A DNA stretch of 27,038 nucleotides, taken from positions 1 to 27,038 of IMG/VR virus record IMGVR_UViG_3300012348_000035, one strand, 5' to 3'. Each line of letters starts with the position of its first letter. Positions within the stretch are counted from its first letter, which is position 1. The notes beneath the pieces were generated by a model that was not told the DNA's origin, did not search any database, and saw nothing but the letters and a program-made list of their open reading frames with translations. This DNA comes from a virus. Its lineage: Duplodnaviria > Caudoviricetes. Below are positions 1 to 10,000 of the stretch, one piece after another. A program made the translations under genes and the position numbers.

Positions 1-21
1 GCATTTGACTCAAGCATCTAA
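1..21 (+). CDS. 3' end of upstream gene (AFDSSI*), possibly major capsid protein
   Basis: In-frame gca ttt gac tca agc atc taa; identity inferred only from position before neck and tail genes. Confidence 0.3.
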   Translation, partial: AFDSSI

Positions 22-50
22 TTGCTAAATTAATCTAAAGGACTATCACA

Positions 51-557
51 ATGAACAAAACATTTATATACAGTTACAAAACATTTGTAAGTTTCGCAAC
101 TTATGAGGATGTCACTCTGCGTGATAGTCGCGTTTTTGAAGCCAATGAAGATTTAACAGAATCCGAAATTAATGATTACTTAGAACAGGCCAGTCAGCGT
201 ATTCTAACACAAATTAGAAACACTGGATGGTGGAGAGAATATCAGCGTAAAATGGCAAAGATAGTTGATCCTAACTTGCTACCCGCTGTTAATCCAGATT
301 ATATATTAGCCAGAACGCAGGAGTTCATAGACTTAAATGTGTATTTCGCATTATTTGAATATGTCTATCCTAGTGTTGCTGACTTTGGCAATCCTGACAG
401 TGCTGAATTTGCAAAAATTAAGTTCTACAAGGACAGCTATAATGTATTATTTGACGAAGTAATTGAATCAGGAGACTGGTATGACTTTAGCGAAAATGGC
501 ACCATTGATACCGCAGACAAGATGGCTGCTGTTGTAAACAGAGTTCGCACAAGATGA
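51..557 (+). CDS. putative head-tail adaptor (neck) protein
   Basis: 168 aa, RBS aaggga, 'INDYLEQASQRI' helix typical of adaptors, position upstream of tail tube. Confidence 0.55.
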   Translation: MNKTFIYSYKTFVSFATYEDVTLRDSRVFEANEDLTESEINDYLEQASQRILTQIRNTGWWREYQRKMAKIVDPNLLPAVNPDYILARTQEFIDLNVYFALFEYVYPSVADFGNPDSAEFAKIKFYKDSYNVLFDEVIESGDWYDFSENGTIDTADKMAAVVNRVRTR

Positions 558-946
558 GAACAGAATTATTAACATATCTAACAGCACAACTAACTGGCAC
601 AATTAAAACCAGTCAGGAACTGCCTTGGACAGAAGGTAATGATGCACTTTATCTTAAGAATGCTCGTAGAGTATACTTAGATGAACCTAATACTGAGCAA
701 GCAGAATTTTTACCTACATTAGGTAGCTGTTCAATCAATCAACGCATTACTACAATTAGATGGTATCTAAGTGTAGATGCAAAAAACAGAAACGCAGACT
801 TAGACAGTGCAATAACAATCTTAGGTAGTGCTAAAGATATCACTACCATTACTGGCGTTTGGCAACGTCAGTTTGACTATACAACTACCATAGAAAATGA
901 TCGTATTATCTATGAAGGTGAATATAGGTTCACAAATTTAGCATAA
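554..946 (+). CDS. putative tail terminator/completion protein
   Basis: 130 aa, ATGA overlap with previous gene, directly upstream of tail tube gene. Confidence 0.5.
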   Translation: MRTELLTYLTAQLTGTIKTSQELPWTEGNDALYLKNARRVYLDEPNTEQAEFLPTLGSCSINQRITTIRWYLSVDAKNRNADLDSAITILGSAKDITTITGVWQRQFDYTTTIENDRIIYEGEYRFTNLA

Positions 947-958
947 GGAAAAAATAAT

Positions 959-1426
959 ATGGCTTTCATATTTCCAGCACCAGGCGTAGCAGATGTAGAA
1001 ACTACATTGGCTATTCGTGTTACAGGTGACGTTTCCGGCTTGTTAGTTCCAGCGATGCAAGACATCACTATTAACAACGCTACGGACGTTTTCACTTGGA
1101 CACAGTTAGACGAAGAGTCTAAACTACAAATCCCAACTACTGCTACAAACAGTATTGACTTAAACATTGTTCTAGAACAAACATCTTTCTTCGGCACAGG
1201 CACAGGCACTGATGTCGCATTAAAAGAAGGTATCTTTGGTCTAAGCAAGAACAAGCGTCAAGTTGAGTTCACACTATACATGGGTGACACCAGCGCAGGC
1301 GGTGCAGGCAAGACTTTAACAGGTGTTGCTTACATTACTGGCTTGGCTCCTTCTGTTAGTGCAGATGCGCCAGTTTGGGTTAGCCCTTGCACTTTGACAG
1401 TTACAGGTAACTACACAGTAGCTTAA
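959..1426 (+). CDS. major tail (tube) protein
   Basis: 155 aa, beta-rich, C-terminal 'GVAYITGLAPSVSADAPVWVSPCTLTVTG' tube-like pattern, strong RBS taagga, followed by terminator and chaperone genes. Confidence 0.8.
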   Translation: MAFIFPAPGVADVETTLAIRVTGDVSGLLVPAMQDITINNATDVFTWTQLDEESKLQIPTTATNSIDLNIVLEQTSFFGTGTGTDVALKEGIFGLSKNKRQVEFTLYMGDTSAGGAGKTLTGVAYITGLAPSVSADAPVWVSPCTLTVTGNYTVA

Positions 1427-1450
1427 TATTCTCAGGGATGGGAAGAGACT

Positions 1451-1475
1451 AAGCACCTTCGGGTGCTTTTTCTTT
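1451..1475 (+). terminator. rho-independent terminator
   Basis: aagcacc-TTCG-ggtgctt stem with C(UUCG)G tetraloop, followed by T-rich tract. Confidence 0.9.
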
Positions 1476-1487
1476 GGAGAAACTTAG

Positions 1488-1499
1488 CATAAATAACAG
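1488..1499 (+). promoter_or_regulatory. putative late promoter (TAAATA box)
   Basis: CATAAATAACAG in the 35 nt between terminator and next ATG; same 12-mer at 11414-11425; no -35 hexamer seen. Confidence 0.6.
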
Positions 1500-1510
1500 A
1501 GCAAGGAGAT

Positions 1511-1684
1511 ATGATGATATTTGACGATAAAACGGACAAAGAAATCTTGCGTAGTATAGAAGGCGAAACTGCTAAAGCATTAGCAGAAATTCGTTGTGCC
1601 AAGGCGGACTTGGAACAAGCAGAAGTAAGAATGAAATTTGCATTAGCAACTATTCACTACTTAAAAAAACGATTTGAGGATTAA
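1511..1684 (+). CDS. 57-aa helical/coiled-coil hypothetical protein (absent from ORF track)
   Basis: RBS aaggag; MMIFDDKTDKEILRSIEGETAKALAEIRCAKADLEQAEVRMKFALATIHYLKKRFED*; stop 1 nt before next ATG. Confidence 0.8.
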   Translation: MMIFDDKTDKEILRSIEGETAKALAEIRCAKADLEQAEVRMKFALATIHYLKKRFED

Positions 1685-1685
1685 A

Positions 1686-1982
1686 ATGAAATTAACACAA
1701 TTAAGCAAAAAACCTGAACTAGTCAAAGTAGAACTCAATGACGAAGAAACCATTAAAGAATATGGTGAAGCATTAGAGTTTTGGATCTATGACAGAACAG
1801 GCATGGATGTATTCGTAAAGATGGCAACTATGAAAAGTGAAGACTTTGGAGACATGGTTGACCTAGTAAACAAAATGATTCTTGATGAAGATGGCACGCC
1901 AATTGTCAAGGATGGATATCTATTACCCAGCAATATTTTAACTAGAGTAATAGGTAAGGTGGTGGAAACCCTGGGAAAGTAA
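1686..1982 (+). CDS. tail assembly chaperone (lambda gpG-like)
   Basis: Start moved to ATG 1686 (RBS gagga); ends in G GGA AAG taa slippery site; lies between tube and tape measure. Confidence 0.8.
   Translation: MKLTQLSKKPELVKVELNDEETIKEYGEALEFWIYDRTGMDVFVKMATMKSEDFGDMVDLVNKMILDEDGTPIVKDGYLLPSNILTRVIGKVVETLGK
1973..1979 (+). other. -1 programmed ribosomal frameshift site GGGAAAG
   Basis: Same heptamer as the lambda G/T site; -1 frame reads GGG AAA GTA ACG CAG GAA GCC TTG into ORF 1994-2245. Confidence 0.85.
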
Positions 1983-2245
1983 CGCAGGAAGCCTTGGATC
2001 CCGAAGGTGTTGAGATGGGCATGTTGCTTAGTATTGATGCCATAGGGAAGCGTTATAGTTTGTTGCCCAGTGAAGTAATGACAAGGGCTTCCACATTTGA
2101 TTTAGTAGTATTAGATGCCGCATTAGGATATCAAACATATATTCAAGATAAGGCAGAAGGTAAAAAAGAAGCACCAAAAATGAGTCAAGAAGACTTAGTT
2201 AAAATGGTAGAAAGAACAAAGCAGAAAAATGGCAATGCAATTTGA
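1979..2245 (+). CDS. tail assembly chaperone frameshift extension (gpT-like part of G-T fusion)
   Basis: Open in the -1 frame from the slippery site; 'IGKRYSLLPSEV' resembles gpT-like segments; weak TTG start of its own. Confidence 0.75.
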   Translation, partial: VTQEALDPEGVEMGMLLSIDAIGKRYSLLPSEVMTRASTFDLVVLDAALGYQTYIQDKAEGKKEAPKMSQEDLVKMVERTKQKNGNAI

Positions 2246-2519
2246 TATGAGCCAGGTCAGCAAAATGTTTGAGCAGGCGGAAAAGGTAGCACCAACATTA
2301 GTCAAAGAAACATATGACTATTTTGTTGACAGCACTCCTATTCGCACAGGTAATGCTAGACGCAATACACGACTACGTGGTTCTACCATTGATGCTAATT
2401 ACAATTATGCTGAAAGACTTGATGAAGGTTACAGTCGTCAAGCCCCAAAAGGTATGACTGATCCTACTGAAAAGTTTTTAGAAAAACGCATAGATGATTT
2501 AATAGGAAAAATTAAATAA
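2229..2519 (+). CDS. HK97 gp10-like neck/tail completion protein
   Basis: 'TPIRTGNARRN' and 'YAERLDEGYSRQAPKGM' motifs. Confidence 0.7.
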   Translation: MAMQFDMSQVSKMFEQAEKVAPTLVKETYDYFVDSTPIRTGNARRNTRLRGSTIDANYNYAERLDEGYSRQAPKGMTDPTEKFLEKRIDDLIGKIK

Positions 2520-4924
2520 TGGCAAACTTAAAAGTCACCCTTGAACTTGACAGTCAAGGTTATATACGCAATATTCGTGCCGCAGACTCAGCTACACAAT
2601 CATTTGCTAAAGATGCTACATCAGCTACAAAAGATGTTGATAGTTCATTTAATAAGTTAAATGGCACTACTGACAAACTTGCTGTTAGTTTTGGTAAGTT
2701 AAAAGGTATCATTATCGGCGCGGCATTTGCGGCATTAGCACGTGGTGCCTTAGGTGCCGCAGATGCTATCAGTGATTTAAGTAAAGCCACTGAACTTAGC
2801 GTTGGTAGAATTATAGAATTACAACAAGCATTACAAGCCAGCGGTGGTGACGCTGCAAATGCCAGCAAATTCGTTACAGAGTTTTACAAAAGTATTGATG
2901 AAGCCGCACAGGGCAGTGACAAAACACAGGAAGCACTGGCTAAACTTGGTGTTAGTCTAAAAGATGTTGGCAGCAAAAGCACAGCAGATTTGTTAGATCA
3001 AACTGTTAAAGGTTTTGAAAACATTACAGATCCAGCACAACGCACAGCATTGGCAATACAATTATTTGGTAAGAGCATGGCCGGTGTTAATCCTGCCGAA
3101 CTCGCCGCAAAGATGGATGAATTACGTGGTAAGTTTGAACAGCAGACCAATGCTGTTAATAAAGCAGCCGAGTTAAATGACAATTATGCTGAAGCAATGA
3201 ACAACGTTAGATTGGCATTCTTAACCATTACAGCTCCTATGGTTGAATTTATTAACAATATTGCTAAAAGCAAAGCAGAAATGGAAACATTAATCGCATT
3301 GCTTAAAGGCTTGGCTGTTGTTATTGCGTCAGCATTTGCCTTTACTGGTTTTGGTTTAATTGTTCGTGCAATTGGAACTATAATGAGAGGTGTTGGCGCA
3401 TTAACTGGATTATTTTCTAGTCTAGGTGCAACAATTACTAGAACATTTGCAGCCAATAGCACTGTAATGAAAATATTACGTGGTGTAGGCGGAGCTATTG
3501 CTGGTATTGTAGGTGGAGTAACTGCCGCAACAGGCTTAGGCGGTGGCAATGATGGCGGTGATGCTGCTGGCGGATCAACACAGCCTGGCACTATGGGTGC
3601 TTATAGAAGTCGTGCAGAAAGCACAACAACTCGTCCTGTTGAAGTCGGTAAAGAATTAACTGGACAACTTAACAGTGTTCAAAGTCTTGCTGATGGTTAT
3701 CGTAGAATTGCACAGTCCAATATGGAAAGATATCAATTAGAAACAGATATACTGGGCAAAAGTAAAGAACAAGCAGACACAATGAAAGGTCTAGCTGACA
3801 TCAACAAACGCTATGCCGACCAAACTGCGGCTTTAGAAGAAAAGCGTAAAGGTGCCAAAGGCGCTACTGTTGCATTAATCAACAGTGAAATCGCAGGTCT
3901 AGAAAAGTTAAAAGGTCAAGAAATAGCGGCATTTAACGCAAGTCGCGAACGAACAATACAATACGCTAGACAACAACAAGAAATTAAAAACATTGTTGAT
4001 GCTATGGAACAAGAAGCGGAATATGCTAGAGAAATAGCTGAATATCAAAATCAACAACAGCAAGCAGTGTTGGCAGCCTATGAACAAGTTAAAGCACAAA
4101 CGCAGGCATTGGCATTAATTAGTCAGCGTGAACAACTTGAAAAGAGCATTCAAAACTTGCGTGGCAGTGAACAAGCAACTGCCAGAGAATTGTTTGACTT
4201 AGAAAATCAACGTAAAACACAGCTTGAAGCAATTCAAAAGATACAAAACTTACCATTTGAAGGTGTTGGTGGTATGAAACAGCGTATGCAGGAAATCAAT
4301 GACTTGTATGATGCTAGAAAATTAAAGATTCAAGAAACTGCGGCTGCAACTAAAGCAGAACAAGAAAGTTTTGCCTTTGGATGGGCACAGGCCAGTGAGA
4401 AATATCGCAACAATATTAAAACTGATGCTGAATATGCCGCACAACAAATGTCAAACTTTACAAAAGGTTTTGAAGATGCGTTTGTTAAGTTTGTTCAAAC
4501 TGGCAAGTTATCATTTAAGGATCTTGCTAATTCAATGATTGCTGACTTTGCTAGAGTGCAAGCACAGAAAATGTTGTCAGGATTATTCAGTGGTGGCGGA
4601 GGCGGTGGCATTGGTAGTTTGTTTGGTGGTATTGGCAAACTATTTGGCTTTGCCAATGGTGGTATGCCTCCAGTAGGACAAGCAAGTATTGTAGGCGAGC
4701 GTGGTCCAGAATTATTTGTTCCACAAAGCGCAGGCAGAATTGTTCCTAATCATAAACTAGGCATGGGACAACCGGTTGTTAACAATAACACTACAGCAGT
4801 TACATACAGCATTCAAGCAGTGGATGCAAGCAGTTTTAGAACTATGCTGGCCAGAGATCCAGAGTTTATTCACAACGTGGCTGAGCAAGGCCGTCGTAGT
4901 TTACCAATAAGGAGCCGTAGATAA
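2519..4924 (+). CDS. tail tape measure protein
   Basis: 801 aa, Ala-rich helical; lambda-like C-terminal 'TGKLSFKDLANSMIAD' and 'FANGG...VGERGPELFVP'. Confidence 0.93.
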   Translation: MANLKVTLELDSQGYIRNIRAADSATQSFAKDATSATKDVDSSFNKLNGTTDKLAVSFGKLKGIIIGAAFAALARGALGAADAISDLSKATELSVGRIIELQQALQASGGDAANASKFVTEFYKSIDEAAQGSDKTQEALAKLGVSLKDVGSKSTADLLDQTVKGFENITDPAQRTALAIQLFGKSMAGVNPAELAAKMDELRGKFEQQTNAVNKAAELNDNYAEAMNNVRLAFLTITAPMVEFINNIAKSKAEMETLIALLKGLAVVIASAFAFTGFGLIVRAIGTIMRGVGALTGLFSSLGATITRTFAANSTVMKILRGVGGAIAGIVGGVTAATGLGGGNDGGDAAGGSTQPGTMGAYRSRAESTTTRPVEVGKELTGQLNSVQSLADGYRRIAQSNMERYQLETDILGKSKEQADTMKGLADINKRYADQTAALEEKRKGAKGATVALINSEIAGLEKLKGQEIAAFNASRERTIQYARQQQEIKNIVDAMEQEAEYAREIAEYQNQQQQAVLAAYEQVKAQTQALALISQREQLEKSIQNLRGSEQATARELFDLENQRKTQLEAIQKIQNLPFEGVGGMKQRMQEINDLYDARKLKIQETAAATKAEQESFAFGWAQASEKYRNNIKTDAEYAAQQMSNFTKGFEDAFVKFVQTGKLSFKDLANSMIADFARVQAQKMLSGLFSGGGGGGIGSLFGGIGKLFGFANGGMPPVGQASIVGERGPELFVPQSAGRIVPNHKLGMGQPVVNNNTTAVTYSIQAVDASSFRTMLARDPEFIHNVAEQGRRSLPIRSRR

Positions 4925-5922
4925 TGGCATTACAAGATATTATAGATTCAGCGGTTAATGTAGAAGTTAACCGTAGTAAGTTAGTAGCACAGACTATTAG
5001 CCGCAGTGGTAGAATAAGCACTGCTAGCCGCAACTGGGCAAATCCATTTAGGTTTGTAGTTACGCCTAAGCCATTATGGTCAGCCAGTGAATACCGAGAA
5101 GTATTTGGACCATTGTTAGACAATGACAGATATCTACCACATGGAATGTATCTAAACAATGTTGATCCAACAACATTTCAAGCAGACTTGGGCAATAGTT
5201 GGATGGTAAACTATCAAGGTCAAAACGACACTGTGAATAATAACAATATTATGGACAGTTATCAAGCCTCAAGTCAAACCAGTGGAGCAATGATTTGTTT
5301 AACAAATATCAATTCTGGCAATATTACTGCTGGAACTTATTTGGCTAAAACAGGCGACTATTTGAGATTATCAAATACACGTTATCCTTATATTGCTACA
5401 GCAGATGTTAAAATACCCGCAGCCGCCACAGCAATTACAGGAACTATTCAACCAGCAGGCGTTACAGTTAACTTAGAACCAGCAGTTGCAGGTGTATTTC
5501 CAGGTAATAATCTAACTTTTGTGTCAACAGCAACTAGAACAAGTATCACAGGTATAACAGATACATCAGGATTAAGTGTAGGACAGATTATCACTGAAAA
5601 TGGCACTAACACTGGTAGCTTTGGTGGTTTAACTTATATTGTGGCTATTCCAAGTTCAACATATATCGTAATTCAAAGCACCACAGACTGCACAGCAGGT
5701 GCAATAACATTTGATGGCACTGGTCCAACATCAACTCCCGCAGTATGCGTGCCTGTTCACAGAGGCTATATTGGCACAGTAAGCACTAACACAGCAGTAT
5801 TAGTTGGAGCACGTGGTGCTCAGTTTGTAGTCAATGTAACTAAACTTCCACAGATTAGATATCTACCTGGTCAGTTTGTTGAACTTACTGGCGACATTGA
5901 ATTGATTGAGCAAATATTATGA
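4924..5922 (+). CDS. putative distal tail (Dit-like) protein with internal insertion
   Basis: Directly after tape measure with TAATG coupling; Thr/Gly-rich central insert. Confidence 0.55.
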   Translation: MALQDIIDSAVNVEVNRSKLVAQTISRSGRISTASRNWANPFRFVVTPKPLWSASEYREVFGPLLDNDRYLPHGMYLNNVDPTTFQADLGNSWMVNYQGQNDTVNNNNIMDSYQASSQTSGAMICLTNINSGNITAGTYLAKTGDYLRLSNTRYPYIATADVKIPAAATAITGTIQPAGVTVNLEPAVAGVFPGNNLTFVSTATRTSITGITDTSGLSVGQIITENGTNTGSFGGLTYIVAIPSSTYIVIQSTTDCTAGAITFDGTGPTSTPAVCVPVHRGYIGTVSTNTAVLVGARGAQFVVNVTKLPQIRYLPGQFVELTGDIELIEQIL

Positions 5923-6602
5923 CAACTATTTCACAAGTAAACAATCGCAGTATTGAACATGGCGTTCTCATTGACTTAACATTAGATGATGTAACTTATT
6001 ATATCAGTAACTGTTATAAAAATGTTATATACAATGGCAATACCTATCAAGCATTGGCTGGATTTTTATCTGTCAGTGAAATACAAGGCAACATTACTAA
6101 TGCCAACGATGAAGTGCAGGTAAGTTTAAGTGCTATTCCTCCAACATACATTGCCGCTACATTAGACACACAGATCAAAGGCGGTGAAATAAACATTTAC
6201 CGTGCTTTCTTTGATTACACTACACAGGAGGTTATTACAAATGCAGTATACCGAAGATTTACCGGCGTGGTTAGTAATTATTCTGTTCAAGAAGACATAA
6301 ACGTTGAAAGTTCTGAACCAGAAGTTAATCACACAATTACTATTATTGCGTCAAGCATTATGGGTGTGCTTGAAAACAAAGTTAGTGGACGCAGAACAAA
6401 TAGACAAGACTATCAAAAGGTATGGACAGAACTTGGCAATTCAAGCACAGACCCAAGTATGAACAGAGTTGAAGCATTGTTTAATGCAAGTTTTGACTTT
6501 GGTAAGCCTTATGTTGCACCAGCAGCCAGCACAGTAAACAACAGCAATACCAGCGGTGGCAGTGGTAGTGTCCAACAAAATATCACAGATGCCAGCCCAT
6601 AA
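5919..6602 (+). CDS. tail tip hub / minor tail protein
   Basis: 'YNGNTYQALAGFLSVSEI', 'IYRAFFD', 'RRFTG', 'GRRTN' pattern typical of hub proteins; synteny. Confidence 0.6.
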   Translation: MTTISQVNNRSIEHGVLIDLTLDDVTYYISNCYKNVIYNGNTYQALAGFLSVSEIQGNITNANDEVQVSLSAIPPTYIAATLDTQIKGGEINIYRAFFDYTTQEVITNAVYRRFTGVVSNYSVQEDINVESSEPEVNHTITIIASSIMGVLENKVSGRRTNRQDYQKVWTELGNSSTDPSMNRVEALFNASFDFGKPYVAPAASTVNNSNTSGGSGSVQQNITDASP

Positions 6603-6615
6603 GTAAAGGATAGAT

Positions 6616-7065
6616 ATGATTAGATTAGCAACACGCAGTGACTTAACTAGAGTCACAGATTTATTAGTAGAGTTTTTACAATCTACAAGTTATAACAATC
6701 ACTGTGATGTTATTGACAGAGAACATATCAAAAAGATTGCGTTCTCTGTTTTACATCATGGTTATATTTGGCTATACTTCAATGAAGAAGTTGCAGTTGG
6801 ATTATTAGTAGCAGTCAAAGAACAAAATGTTTGGATGCCAAATAAAACTAGTTTGCGTGAATTAGTTTGGTTTGTTCGTGAGGAATATCGTGGCACAGTT
6901 GGAGCAGGCAGATTGTTTATAGAATTTTGCCAGCAGGCTGAAAAACTGTTAAATAGAGGTGACATACAAGGATATTTTACAACTCGTATGACAACCACAG
7001 AAGATTATGATTTAGAACGCCGTGGTTTCAGGCTCACAGAGAAACTATACATAAAGGATAATTGA
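6616..7065 (+). CDS. GNAT-family acetyltransferase-like protein
   Basis: 'MIRLATRSDL' N-terminus, 'WFVREEYRGTVGAGRL' acetyl-CoA motif A, 'LERRGF' C-terminal motif. Confidence 0.8.
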   Translation: MIRLATRSDLTRVTDLLVEFLQSTSYNNHCDVIDREHIKKIAFSVLHHGYIWLYFNEEVAVGLLVAVKEQNVWMPNKTSLRELVWFVREEYRGTVGAGRLFIEFCQQAEKLLNRGDIQGYFTTRMTTTEDYDLERRGFRLTEKLYIKDN

Positions 7066-7066
7066 T

Positions 7067-10000
7067 ATGCCAGCATTTAGCGTAGTTGGAAGCTATGTAG
7101 CAACAACAGTTTTAGGATTAGCAGGAACAGCCGCAGTAGTTGTTGGTGCCATTGTTGCAACAGGTGCCGCTTATATTACATCAAGAGTTATTAACGGCAA
7201 TCCAAACAAAGGTGCTAATTCAGCACAGAATCAAGGTGGACGCATTCAAGTTCCTCCAGCAACAAACAATAAGATACCAGTAGTTTATGGTAATGCTTAT
7301 GTAAATGGTATCATCACAGATGCTAGACTTATTTCATTAGAAAACAAAGTCAATGACGTAATGTATTACTGTATTGTATTAAGTGAAACCTGTAATAATG
7401 AATCAGCAACTTATAGCATTGATGATGTATATTGGAATGACCTACGCTTGACTTATTTGACAGACACAACAGAAACACACATCGTCAAAGATGGTCGTAA
7501 GAATGTTGATAATCCAGACACTAGCATAGAAGATTTCATTGATACAAACTTTATTGTTGATACAAATCGTTATGCAGAAATGCGTATATACGCAGGTGGT
7601 AGCACAGCGGCACATCAAATCTTTCCTACTAACTCAGGTAATAAAGCCAATGCTTATAACTATTGGGGCAGTAGTCCAGCAAACCCCAATGGCGATGGAT
7701 CATGGACATCAGCTAATGAAATGAAGGGTTTGGTATTTGCCATTGTTAGAGTTAGATACAGTGGTGAAAAAGGTTTTACTGGTTTACCTAATGTAACATT
7801 CCAATTAAACAATACAATCAATAATCCAGCAGATGTATGGTATGATTATATGACTGGTTCTAGATATGGTGCCAATGTTCCAACTACAGCAATTGACACA
7901 ACTCCAACTACCAGTGCATTAGATCAATGGAGAGATTACTGTGATGAATTAATCACTTACACTCCTGTAGGCGGCGGATCAACAACACAAAAGCGTTATA
8001 CTATAAATGGTGTTATTGATACTGCACGTCCAGTTAAAGATAACATTGACATTATTTTACAAAATGGCGGTGCTTGGTTAAGCTATGATGTTAGCACAGG
8101 ACTATGGGAACCAATACCTAAACGTGCTGCCACAGTCGGCGAACTTGCTAGTGCATTAGAGTTTACAGATGACAATATCATTTCTGGTATTACACTAAGT
8201 TCAACACGCTTAGAAGACTTGTATAACATGTTTGAAGTTGAATTCTTTGACAAGTATAACAGAGATCAAAAGGCCTATGCTAGATTGGCACTGGATGCTG
8301 AAGATAGAAATCCTAATGAGCCAGACAATCAACTGCGCATGAGTCTTGACTTAGTCAACAACAGTGTGCAAGCAGAATTACTGGGACAACTTGAACTGCG
8401 TCAAAGCCGTGATGACTTAGTTGTAGAATTTACTACAAACCAATATGGCATACAAGCACAGGCAGGAGATGTTATTAAGATTACCAGTGACTTGTATGAC
8501 TGGAGCCCAAAACTATTTAGAGTTATGCGTGTCAAAGAACAGGAAACAGACACAGGTGGTTTGGTTGCCAGCATTCAAGCACTTGAATACAACGCTGATG
8601 TTTACAGCGTAGAACCAATCACAGAATTTACCACTGCTAAGAATATTGGCATTGGTGTGTATGGTGCAAGTCCATACTTACCTTTACCACCCGCTGTAGT
8701 TATTGCCACAGTAGATGCTGATGCACCTATTCCTAACTTTGAACTACAAGTTACAATACCCACAGAAGGTGGTCCTTTTGATGAAATAGAATTGTATTAC
8801 GCACAAGGCTGGGACGAAATGTTAGTAACAGGTAGTATTGTTCCTGGCACTGGCAGTAATGGAGCTCCTGTGGGCAAAGGCTTGTTAACTATCACTAACA
8901 CTCCTTATGGACATATTAACGCAGGAGATCGCATTGACCTTGCCACTGACATATTCATTGAAAGTCAAATAACCAATACAGTTGTTAGTAAAACATTTGT
9001 TTCCGGCGGAGCACCTGCCAGCGATACTAGCACATTACTTACGCTAAACAACGTCACAGGATTGTTAATAGGTAATACACTAACTGGCACAGGTATTGAA
9101 CAAGGCAGTTTTATTATTGACATTGACACAGGAACAAACACAGTTAGAATTGAAGATGCTGTTACAGTTCAAGCCAGTGGCACTTATTATGTCACAGGTG
9201 GTCTTGGCACTTACATTGTAGATACCAGCACTACACTTTCTGGTTCGGCATATCTATTTGACTTCCCAGAAGCTGACAACTACAAACTGTTAAAGAAACT
9301 TGTGCCAGAAGGCAATGACCCAACATTTACCAATGGAACAATAGTTAGAGATACTATTACAAACGTTCCTGCAAATAGTTCCACTGAGCGTCGTTGGTTT
9401 GTTAAAGCACGTATGGGTATTAAGAAACGCTTTGGTGCATTTAGTAATCCTGGTGACACAGACTTTGATCAAGGTAGATTTCCATACAGTCCAAATCCAG
9501 TAGCATCAGGTGCGTTAGGTGACTTAACGGATGTAACTTTAACTACACCAACATTAGGTGACTTCTTATGGTATGATGGAACAAAATGGATCAATGAAAA
9601 TGAAACCAGAGTTGATACAACAGCACGAACATTAAGATTAACCAGAGAAAATACTGCGGCAGGTGAAGACTATGAAGATGAAGTTGCACTAAGGCTCAAT
9701 GATAGAGTCACAGACGCTCCTGACAATATCACAGATGATGGTGGTCCAGCAATTAGATTTGAACGAAGTAGTGGTGTTAGCGGCACTCCTGTGGCATTCG
9801 GTCAAATAACCATGGAATGGTTTGGCACTACCAATGATCATAGATTTAGAGTAGTTACTAGCACCGATGAATTTGCTCCTGGCAGTGGTAGTCCTCCTCC
9901 ATATCCTAACAGCCCTGTGTTAATTGAAAGCACTAGAAAATACAGTAAATTTAATGAGGGTGTTTTATATGTTGATGCGGTCAATGACCGAGTTGGTATC

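Noticed and set aside
2513-2518. TAAATA at the gp10-like/tape measure junction
   Set aside because: Explained by Ile-Lys-stop codons overlapping the next ATG; leaves no room for a leader
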